From an uncultured Pirellulales bacterium (GTDB lineage: Bacteria; Planctomycetota; Phycisphaerae; Sedimentisphaerales; Anaerobacaceae), in contig CAYXPG010000002.1 of NCBI GenBank assembly GCA_964467205.1, forward strand, positions 1-35,469: 35,469 nucleotides of DNA, given 5' to 3'. Made by a program: the position numbers and the translations under genes. The notes below the pieces were generated by a model. It was not told the DNA's origin and did no database searches. It saw only the letters and a program-made list of their open reading frames with translations. Shown here in pieces: positions 27,604-35,469 of this stretch (positions are counted from its first letter, which is position 1; each line of letters opens with the position of its first letter).

Positions 27604-30012
27604 TTATCCGGCAGGGCTTTTGTCTAAGTTGTCAGCAGGCGGCTGCTCTTGCTGCTGTGGCGTGTGGATAGTGGCACCGAGGACGATGGCCATATTCCGA
27701 ACGAGTCCGCTTGAATCGCGTTCTGCTGTCCAGTTGAGTACCTTATCGAAATTACCGCCTTGATTTTTAGCCAGCAGGTAAAGGGCGATTAAACGAGCCG
27801 GCCAGTGGTCATCGTTGAGGTTTTGCGCCACCGCACTTATCAATTCGAAATCCAGCGGCAACGAAAGCATCCCAGACATAGTATGGACTTTGACGACCCA
27901 GTCATTGTCAGTGAGGTTGTGTACGAGGGCAGATTTCAACAGTTCCGGCATTCCGTCGGCATATTTAAACTTGTACAGGGGCTCCCGATTGGCCATTGCG
28001 TGCTGCTCTGCTAAAAGACCGATGAATAACTGGGCGGTTTTGATTTTTTGGCCCTGTTTGGCCCTTGGCAGTGAATTGATGCGGTTCTGCAGGTATTTAG
28101 CTGTAAGTTCAATGCCCGGTCGCTTAATGATGGTTTGGGCCGGTTCAATATAAGCAAGCCGGTTTGTCAGCCTGCCGTCGGGGGTTGTTACAGGGTCGAT
28201 AAAGAGTGTAAATGCTATATCCAATGATGCCTGCGGATATGAAAAAAGTAATTGTTTGAGTTCGGCTGTTTCAAGATGGACCGGAATAAGGATACTTCGC
28301 TGAGGTTCAACAAGCGAGGAAGGTCGAATCTTGAGAGATACGAGATTTGGTATCTGCCTGTTGATGTCGCCGGTAACGTCGGCATCGATTCGGATATTAC
28401 CCTTGAATAGACCATCATCACCGATTATGAGCGGCTCGGAGGAATTATTTGTGACTGCAACAGAGGCGTCGAATTTACTGCCGTAGGAAAACTTGCTGCC
28501 GTGAAGATTTAACCGGGCCGAGATTATTTTTTCGGGACTGACGAATTCGGGAACAACATTTTGTCCAAGATTATTTTTTAAGGCCGTCAGGATAATATCC
28601 GGGTCAACCGGCGGGATGTAATCTGACCCCTGTTTTATCAGAATTGCCCTGGCGGTTTCGGCCGCCAGGGTTCCGGGTTCTGATGAGATTGCAGACTTTA
28701 AGGTATCAAAGGCCGAACTTTTTTGTTCCTGTGCCAACTGAATCCGGGCCAATGCAATGTCGGAAATTTGATTGTTCTGATAACGTTCGATAATCTGTCC
28801 GGCCCATTCCGGCTGCCCGTTTATTACAAGTGCATAAGCCAACAGAGCGGCGGCTGTTGGCCAATTAGGTTCAATTGAATAAGCCTTATTGGCCCAGTCA
28901 ATGGCTTGTGAGGCATCCGGCAGGACAAAACAATAGAACCAGGCAAGCTCAGAAGCAATTTCAGGTTCGGGTCTTTCAGATGCCGATTGCCAGATAGTTT
29001 TTGCTTTTTCCTGAGCATCCTTAAATATCCGTGCTGCCTGGTCTTCATCGCCGATTTTCAGAGCGGCTTTGCCGGCGATGGCTTCGAGAAGTAAATCGAA
29101 GGTTCCGCTTTGGCGTATCTGTTCGGCGATTTGTAGGGATTTGTGCTGATTTCGCTGTGTGTTATAGTTACTTCGTACCCAGGGGAGGTAAATGTAAGCG
29201 GGCAGGGCTTCGGAAGGATACAGAAAAGTGAACAAATCGGCGCAGTATTTGAAACTGTCCGCAGCGGTTTCGTAAAGCTGCAGTCTCTGGGCATAATCTG
29301 CAAAGGCCAAAGCGGCCTCCAGTTCCAGGGGATTTTCGCGCAGTACCAGTCTTAGATATTCGATATATATAGCCGGCTGAATCTGTTCCGGCATAAGCTC
29401 AGTGAGTTTCTCAAATGCCAGCTTATTGTGATTATTGCTGTTAAAGGCACTGGCGAAATATAACGCTGCAGTTTCGATGTCGGGTTTTTCAGCGGCCAGC
29501 AGGCCAAGCAGGGTGGCCAAATCGGACTCCAGAAAGGCGTTTTTTGGGCCGAAATTTTTTAGCATCTGCTCGAGAAGTTTTTCCCGCTCTTCACGAGAAT
29601 CCGACTGCTCAAGCAGATACCCCACAGCCAGTCTTACCACCTCAAGGTCGGATGAGCTGTCCACATATTTTACCAGGGCGTTATACACCAGCTCCGAATA
29701 ATTCTGTTCTGAGGCGGCATCAGGTGCTGCAGTTAAACGCGATGCAAACCTGATTGTACAGGGCAGCAGATAGCCGGCTCTTTTATCCAAATTTATTGCG
29801 GCGTTTAAGAAGAGAATCGTCTGCCGGTTATCTGAGGCACTTCGGTCTTCAAAATTGCCCTGTTCATAAGCAATTTCATAAAATATCCGGCCAACAGAGG
29901 GTGAAAACAGCACCTCAGAGTCCAAGGACTCCTGTGCCAAGGCCAGGTTCGAGCAGAAGAAAAATGTCAAAAAAATTGAAAGAATCCTGTCTTTGAGCAT
30001 TAAAGTCTCCAT
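27604..30012 (-). CDS. Large secreted hypothetical protein (TPR-like N-terminal two-thirds, beta-rich middle, HEAT-like C-terminus)
   Basis: Signal peptide ILSIFLTFFFCSNLALAQE. TPR-like helical segments (AIDWANKAYSIEPNWPTAAALLAYALVINGQ). The C-terminal DDHWPARLIALYLLA resembles a HEAT/PBS-lyase repeat. ATG at 30012. No specific family recognised. Confidence 0.72.
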   Translation of the reverse strand: METLMLKDRILSIFLTFFFCSNLALAQESLDSEVLFSPSVGRIFYEIAYEQGNFEDRSASDNRQTILFLNAAINLDKRAGYLLPCTIRFASRLTAAPDAASEQNYSELVYNALVKYVDSSSDLEVVRLAVGYLLEQSDSREEREKLLEQMLKNFGPKNAFLESDLATLLGLLAAEKPDIETAALYFASAFNSNNHNKLAFEKLTELMPEQIQPAIYIEYLRLVLRENPLELEAALAFADYAQRLQLYETAADSFKYCADLFTFLYPSEALPAYIYLPWVRSNYNTQRNQHKSLQIAEQIRQSGTFDLLLEAIAGKAALKIGDEDQAARIFKDAQEKAKTIWQSASERPEPEIASELAWFYCFVLPDASQAIDWANKAYSIEPNWPTAAALLAYALVINGQPEWAGQIIERYQNNQISDIALARIQLAQEQKSSAFDTLKSAISSEPGTLAAETARAILIKQGSDYIPPVDPDIILTALKNNLGQNVVPEFVSPEKIISARLNLHGSKFSYGSKFDASVAVTNNSSEPLIIGDDGLFKGNIRIDADVTGDINRQIPNLVSLKIRPSSLVEPQRSILIPVHLETAELKQLLFSYPQASLDIAFTLFIDPVTTPDGRLTNRLAYIEPAQTIIKRPGIELTAKYLQNRINSLPRAKQGQKIKTAQLFIGLLAEQHAMANREPLYKFKYADGMPELLKSALVHNLTDNDWVVKVHTMSGMLSLPLDFELISAVAQNLNDDHWPARLIALYLLAKNQGGNFDKVLNWTAERDSSGLVRNMAIVLGATIHTPQQQEQPPADNLDKSPAG

Positions 30013-30203
30013 CAATCTGACAAAAGAGCGTCCGTTAATATACTATATTTCGGGTGATTTTGTTTATCGCTTTAGGCATATTGGCAGCTTAAGTTTTGTA
30101 TTTTCGCCGTTTTATGTGTATTGAGTGTTATTTTGTTCTCTGCTGAGGGTAAAAGGGAACATTTTTAACTGCTTATAGTGACGGAGATTGCGATAGTTGG
30201 TTA

Positions 30204-31769
30204 TCAGGCACTCGGCTCATCGCCGCCCTTGCGGCCGAGGAAGAGAGAAAGCATTTCGATATTCAGGAATTTAGCCGCTATCAGATACATTACGGCCGCT
30301 GATGGCACAACTACAGCCAACCTTAGAATGTTAAACGGTCTATCATAAGACAGATTACTCATAATCCTCATAATTCCGGCGCCGACTAAAAACATAAGAA
30401 CAGTGGCGGCAAGCGTTTTCACAAAAGCACCTCCCAGACCGGCTAATATTGACTTGCTAAAGGTTTTGCGAAGGACAAAGACGAGAACAAAGACCTGCAA
30501 ATATGAACAAATCGCTGTCGAAAGTGCCAGTCCGGCTGTTCCCATAAACCAAATAAGAGTCAGATTAAGAACGATATTTACAAAAACTGCGACCAGAGCG
30601 CTTCTGGCCGGCGCCTTTGAGTTCTGCATCGAATAAAAAGCACGGGTAATAATCTGCTGAGCGAAGAAACCTGTCAGTCCGATTGCATAAAACGACAGTG
30701 TCCAGGCCACTATTGTTGTGTCATCGGCTGTGAATTCGCCATGCTCGAATACGGCCGATACCAAAGGTTTGGCCACGAGAAACAATCCGGCGGTGGCGGG
30801 AATCGCTACGAAAACCGCACCTCGAAGCCCTCGTGAGATGGTACCGCAAAGCGCATCAAAATCCTTTCTTGCCGCATCGGCACTCATAACGGGAAAAATA
30901 GCGGTAGCGAGCGATATTCCCAATACCCCGAGCGGAAACTGGTAAAGCCGCTGGGCGTAATAAAGATAAGATGGGGCGCCATAGCTCAATGGGTAGCCTT
31001 CTTTGGTCATAAAAGAAAGTGCAATGACGTCATCGGCAAGTGTGTTAATCTGTGTAACGGTAAGGCCGAGTATCATCGGCCCTATCAGGACAAGAATTTT
31101 TTTAAAGGCGTTAGAACGAATGGCCCAGGCAGGCCTGATGTAAATACCTCTGGAGCGCAGCGGCAAAAGTTGAATGGCAATCTGCACCAGCCCTGCGATT
31201 AAAACTGCGACAGCAACGAAGAAGACCTGCTGTTGAGCCTTGATACTAAAGAACGAGCCGGTAATTAAAATACTGCCGATGATAAAGATGTTCAGGACAA
31301 TTGGTGACGCCGCGGGCATTGCAAAATGTCTGTGGACGTTAAGTATGCCTGCCAGTATCGCCACGGTGCAAACAAATATCATATACGGCAGCATAATGGA
31401 GCACAATGCCAGTCCAAGTTGAGGGCCGGTTCTGGTTTCAAAAAAGGAGTAGTATGTCCAGACGAGCCCTTCACCGATAAGTACCAGCGCAGCTAAAAGT
31501 ACAAATAAAACAGTTACTACGGTATTGGCCAGTTGTTGTGCCTGCTCAGGGTTATTATGAAGCTCTTCACTGTATACCGGAATGAAAGAGGCCGAAGCGG
31601 CTCCTTCTCCAAAGAGTCTCCTGGAGAGGTTGGGAATCTTAAAACCCATAGTCCAGGCGGTCATCAGCCATCCGGCCCCAAAGAAATGTGCGAACGCCAT
31701 ATCGCGCACCATCCCCAGAATTCTGCTTACGACCGTCAGGGAAGCAATTTGTCTGAATCCTTTTATCAT
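30204..31769 (-). CDS. murJ: Lipid II flippase MurJ (MviN)
   Basis: N-terminus SLTVVSRILGMVRDMAFAHFFGAG, 521 aa, roughly 14 predicted TM helices. This is the typical MurJ/MOP-family layout. Confidence 0.92.
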   Translation of the reverse strand: MIKGFRQIASLTVVSRILGMVRDMAFAHFFGAGWLMTAWTMGFKIPNLSRRLFGEGAASASFIPVYSEELHNNPEQAQQLANTVVTVLFVLLAALVLIGEGLVWTYYSFFETRTGPQLGLALCSIMLPYMIFVCTVAILAGILNVHRHFAMPAASPIVLNIFIIGSILITGSFFSIKAQQQVFFVAVAVLIAGLVQIAIQLLPLRSRGIYIRPAWAIRSNAFKKILVLIGPMILGLTVTQINTLADDVIALSFMTKEGYPLSYGAPSYLYYAQRLYQFPLGVLGISLATAIFPVMSADAARKDFDALCGTISRGLRGAVFVAIPATAGLFLVAKPLVSAVFEHGEFTADDTTIVAWTLSFYAIGLTGFFAQQIITRAFYSMQNSKAPARSALVAVFVNIVLNLTLIWFMGTAGLALSTAICSYLQVFVLVFVLRKTFSKSILAGLGGAFVKTLAATVLMFLVGAGIMRIMSNLSYDRPFNILRLAVVVPSAAVMYLIAAKFLNIEMLSLFLGRKGGDEPSA

Positions 31770-31830
31770 ATCGTATTGCTTATATCGTATGGGGTATTGC
31801 GTTTTTGGTAAAGTGATTTTCCGGCCGTGT

Positions 31831-33081
31831 CTATTCGAATGCTTTAGGTGCTACCGTAAAGGTGCGGAATCTGCCGATATTGTTTAGCAGTCCGACCGAG
31901 ACCATACTGACCAGCAGACTCGAGCCGCCGTAACTTACCAGCGGCAAAGTCAAACCCGTAATCGGCATCAGGCCCAGTGTCATACTCACATTAACGATGA
32001 CCTCAACGGTGAACATTGCTACGATGCCGACCGCAAGCAGTCTGCCGAATGGGTCGGTGTTGTTTTCAGCGATTTCGAGTCCGCAAGCAATTATAATCAC
32101 GTAAAGTCCCAACAGAGCCGCACAACCGGCAAACCCCCATTGTTGTGCGATGATAGCGAATATGAAGTCGTTATGCCTTGCCGGCAGAAAGTTGTATTTA
32201 ATGAAAGGTCCCTGCCGGTAGCCGTAACCTTTTATTCGGCCGGAGGCAATCGCATATCTTGCGCGGATAAGGTGGAAACCTTCGTCGCGTCTCCACTGCT
32301 TAATGCTGAATTTTTTACCGACAAGGATTCCCCCAAGTGTTGGGTTGGCCTGAGCTTTCTTCTGAAACCAGTCGTTTTGGAGCAGTACAGAACTTATTCT
32401 TGTCCTTTGGTATGGTTTCATACCGAACCACAGCAGGGGGCTGAGAAGAAAGGCCAGAAGTATTATTATTAAGAGGTGTCTGACCTTTGCACCGGCTACG
32501 AAAAGCATTGTAAATAGAATCGGCATCATCAACATTACAGTGCCCAGGTCCGGCTCAAGCAAAATTAACACCATTGGCACAATTGTAAGAATAAACGGCC
32601 CAATCAATGCTTTGAAACTGCGGTAATTGCTGCGGTATCGCAGGTACCATGCCAGGGCGAGGATATATGCGAGTTTGCAGAGTTCCGACGGCTGGATGCT
32701 CGGCAAAGACGGATGAATTCTAATCCATCTGTGCGTGCCGTTAATCAATGGTACGAACGGCAGATTAACGAACTTGCCGAGCAGAACGACGGCCAAAAGC
32801 AGCAGAACAACGCCGTATATCCAGTAGCTCGCAGCGCCGAGACGGCGGTAGTTAACGAGGTTGACCGCGATGAAAACAGCAGCCCCGATTGCGATGAAAA
32901 TAATCTGTTTTTGCCAGTTATTGGCCAAATCCTGGAAATCTTTGGTCTGGCTTGTGGTGCCCGGCTCGGCTGGGTGGCCCACAGAATAAATAGTGACTGT
33001 CCCAACGACGAGCAGTGATATTGTCGCCGCCATCAAAGTAAGTCTTACAACAATAAGTCGTCCTTTTAGAAAAGTGTACAT
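31831..33081 (-). CDS. rodA: SEDS-family peptidoglycan polymerase (FtsW/RodA/SpoVE), more likely RodA because it is not in a dcw context
   Basis: GLTLPLVSYGGSSLLVSM is the SEDS signature, and the protein is polytopic. The start is placed at the ATG at 33081 (MYTFLKGR.., 416 aa). The 50-codon upstream extension in the ORF track looks non-coding. Confidence 0.88.
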   Translation of the reverse strand: MYTFLKGRLIVVRLTLMAATISLLVVGTVTIYSVGHPAEPGTTSQTKDFQDLANNWQKQIIFIAIGAAVFIAVNLVNYRRLGAASYWIYGVVLLLLAVVLLGKFVNLPFVPLINGTHRWIRIHPSLPSIQPSELCKLAYILALAWYLRYRSNYRSFKALIGPFILTIVPMVLILLEPDLGTVMLMMPILFTMLFVAGAKVRHLLIIILLAFLLSPLLWFGMKPYQRTRISSVLLQNDWFQKKAQANPTLGGILVGKKFSIKQWRRDEGFHLIRARYAIASGRIKGYGYRQGPFIKYNFLPARHNDFIFAIIAQQWGFAGCAALLGLYVIIIACGLEIAENNTDPFGRLLAVGIVAMFTVEVIVNVSMTLGLMPITGLTLPLVSYGGSSLLVSMVSVGLLNNIGRFRTFTVAPKAFE

Positions 33082-33881
33082 AATGGCGGAAAAACAATAA
33101 CATAGAATTGGGCGGATTGCAAAGCCGCACGTAAAATCGCAAAAATTTTTACTCTCCCCTGTTCTCCAACGATACTGCTTTAATGCCCGTTTCTGTGGCA
33201 ATAATGGCACAATCAGTCCCGGATTGTGCAATAATTTGGTGAAATACGCATATTTTTTTACGTGCAGCCGTGAAAATAGGTAAAAAGACTTGACTTTTAG
33301 TTGTTAATTTGATTTAATAGCATCAACAGATTGGGGGTTTATTAATGGAAAAACACGGATATGAGCTTCTTAAACACAGCAACAAGGCAAAAATAGGTTT
33401 TTTGCAGGTTATTTGAGGCTTTTTGGGCCATTGAAGGCGAAACCATGATAGCAACAAGGGAAATTTCGTTGAGTAAGGAAAAAGGGGCAATTGGGCGTTC
33501 AGGCGGCTTTTATAAGTATTTTCCCTTAATTTGCAGATTTTTTAAAAAATTTCCAAAATTTTTCTTGATTTATTTTGTTTTTTGTGTTATTTTGTATTCA
33601 ACCTTCACCGGTTAATTAGTGTGTTGCGCATATCTTTAATGCGCACGGTTTCGCCGATTGGCGGGAAAGGAGGAATGGGTATTTGGTATTTATTACCTGG
33701 TTGTCCTGTCGGCCGGGGCGTTTCATCCAATTAGCTTACTACTGTTACAGCGAACAAACGTAAAAAAGAAGTTTTTATCAGGCAGGATTAAGGTTTAATT
33801 AAGGAGAAACCTTAAGTCAGAAACCAAAAGTGTGCAGAGTGCGTAGCTCTGCAAGAGAAGAAAAGAAAGGAAGGTTACATT

Positions 33882-34814
33882 ATGAAAAAGATTCTATTTG
33901 TTTTGGCGGTACTTTTGCTCGCTGCACCTGCGATGGCAAGCGTTACCATTAATGCCGTCCAGTCAGATAGTGAGCCCTGTGATGTTTACATCACGTATGT
34001 GAACACTGAGGGCCCTAATGTCAGGGCCTTTGCTCTGGATATCTGGGTGGATGACGGTAACATTCTTGCCATTGAGGATTACAATGTTGGTGAGTGTATA
34101 GGTGACGCCAACTGTGGCTATGGCATCTTTATGGGCACGATTGAGATTGACGCCGAAGGTGAAGTTACCAATGACGGCACACCTGTTGCCGAGCTTTCCG
34201 ACCTGCCGAGTGACACTCTGCCCGGGCTTGACAGCAATGGTGTTACCACCGAGATGGGCGCGCTGTATAAGCTGGGTAAATTCCCGGGTCCGAAACAGAC
34301 TGGTACCATGTACAAGGTAAGAGTTAGTAAACTTCCCTGTAATCTGTGTATCAGGACTAACGTCAGCCGTGCCGGTATAGTGCTGGAGAACGGCAGCAGT
34401 TCGGAAGACGCAGGTCCTCCGTTCACAACCAATCTGCCTTTCTGCGTGGCTCTCGCCGGCGGTCCTGCTTGCGCTACTTGCCCCGGTGACGTTGCCCCTC
34501 CTTATGGAACACTCGACTTGGATGACCTTGACGTAATGGTTGGCAGCATATCGATAGGATACGTCTCTACAGGAGGCTCGTATATCATCACACGGGACGA
34601 CACCAATGTGGGTGACGGTGGTGCATGGGGTGACTACTGGTACGAATGTTTACGTATGGATTTTGCTGATGGTAATGATTGCGACCTTGATGACCTGGAT
34701 ATCATGATTGGTATTCTAAGTCTGGAATTTGCAGTTAATGCAGACTATTCGTGTGCCTGCGGTGACTGGGATAGCGTCTTCTATCCAACCGGATATCCAC
34801 CCGGATCTCCATAA
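33882..34814 (+). CDS. Secreted protein with two dockerin-like Ca-binding repeats
   Basis: Signal peptide KKILFVLAVLLLAAPAMA. Repeats GDVAPPYGTLDLDDLDVMVGSI and DFADGNDCDLDDLDIMIGIL. RBS aaggaagg. Confidence 0.72.
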   Translation: MKKILFVLAVLLLAAPAMASVTINAVQSDSEPCDVYITYVNTEGPNVRAFALDIWVDDGNILAIEDYNVGECIGDANCGYGIFMGTIEIDAEGEVTNDGTPVAELSDLPSDTLPGLDSNGVTTEMGALYKLGKFPGPKQTGTMYKVRVSKLPCNLCIRTNVSRAGIVLENGSSSEDAGPPFTTNLPFCVALAGGPACATCPGDVAPPYGTLDLDDLDVMVGSISIGYVSTGGSYIITRDDTNVGDGGAWGDYWYECLRMDFADGNDCDLDDLDIMIGILSLEFAVNADYSCACGDWDSVFYPTGYPPGSP

Positions 34815-34881
34815 CATATCGATGTTATAGCTTAGATGAGAAGGAATTAATTTTTTGTGTTGTGTTTATAAAGGAGAAGCA

Positions 34882-35469
34882 TGATGAAAAAGTTGTTAGT
34901 ATTACTGGTTGTATTGGGTATTTCTTCGGCAGCTACAGCAGCCACTTCTATCGTGTTACAGGTTAATCCTGGCGACGCCTTGCCGAGTTATGAGACCAGC
35001 ACCACGATTACCGTCGAGATAGTAGCAGCTGGTTTTGGCACCTCGACACCGGCGATTCTGACTGTACTTGGTACCGCGGAATTCGATGCCGTTTTGACGA
35101 ACAATGACGGTACATCTTCCGCACCTGAATTCAACCCGCAAATTTTTGGTGCTACGGGCTCTGATGTAGGTGTAGTAACGAACGCAGGCGGTATTCTGAT
35201 CGACCGTCCAAGCCCAACGACACAGATTAGAGGCGCAAAAGAGACAGGTGATACTGGTATATCAGATGACTGGGTTTATCGTTTTGAGTACCACATACCT
35301 GATCTGGAGGAGTCGGCTACTATCACGATTAGCATTGATAATGCATCGTTTAAGAACGGACTTGGTCAGCCAGTTATTCCCGATACATGGACTAGCACCG
35401 TTGATATTCACGTAGTTCCAGAGCCAATGACCATCGCGTTGTTGGGAATTGGCGGGTTGTTCCTGCGTC
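34882..35469 (+). CDS. PEP-CTERM sorting-domain secreted protein (3' end runs off the window)
   Basis: Hand translation: MMKKLLVLLVVLGISSAATAATS... ending ..HVVPEPMTIALLGIGGLFLR at the window edge. RBS aaggag at 34872. It is absent from the ORF track because no stop codon falls within the window. Confidence 0.82.

Noticed and set aside
33082-33231. 50-codon N-terminal extension of the SEDS (RodA-like) ORF
   Set aside because: The extension (MHNPGLIVPLLPQKRALKQYRWRTGESKNF..) is not membrane-protein-like. Starting at the ATG at 33081 gives a normal-length SEDS protein that begins just before TM1.
33445-33615. ~56-codon ORF (MIATREISLSKEKG...FFLIYFVFCVILYSTFTG) in the long intergenic region
   Set aside because: It runs through an AT-rich promoter-like tract, has no RBS, and its hydrophobic tail comes from T-rich DNA. 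It is probably not coding.

Overview
This 35.5-kb window looks like core chromosome. It has no transposase, integrase, CRISPR array or recognisable defence or toxin genes. The secreted-protein repertoire (two PEP-CTERM proteins, a dockerin-like protein, a LamG-type repeat-protein remnant) suggests a PVC-group bacterium such as Planctomycetota/Phycisphaerae; this is inference only. Gene content in order: a decayed adhesin-like fragment; a tandem ACT-like protein; arfB and a YbaK-like deacylase; addB-addA; a glycolytic trio (PPi-type PFK paralog, pyruvate kinase, ATP-type PFK); ftsY divergent from dnaA; a PEP-CTERM protein; family-4 UDG; gdhA divergent from a LysR regulator; HAD phosphatase, LolA-like lipoprotein, a small acidic ORF and a flavodoxin-like protein; an Hc1-type histone-like protein; an orphan FabZ-like dehydratase. 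A long minus-strand run follows: rodA-like SEDS, murJ, an 802-aa secreted TPR/HEAT protein, a GT39+TPR glycosyltransferase, a 57-aa 2x[4Fe-4S] ferredoxin (below the ORF-track cutoff) and tRNA-Glu(UUC). The window ends with a dockerin-like secreted protein and a second PEP-CTERM protein. I found no convincing new protein-coding system. The most unusual signals are non-coding. (1) A ~400-nt gene-free stretch downstream of tRNA-Glu (24640-25045) holds a 15-nt copy of the tRNA 3' end, five perfect inverted repeats that all have 3-nt spacers, a 10-nt direct repeat and tRNA-arm-like fragments. (2) Three separate intergenic tandem arrays each have a 7-nt unit. Everything here comes from reading the sequence and ORF track by eye; no searches or folding were run.
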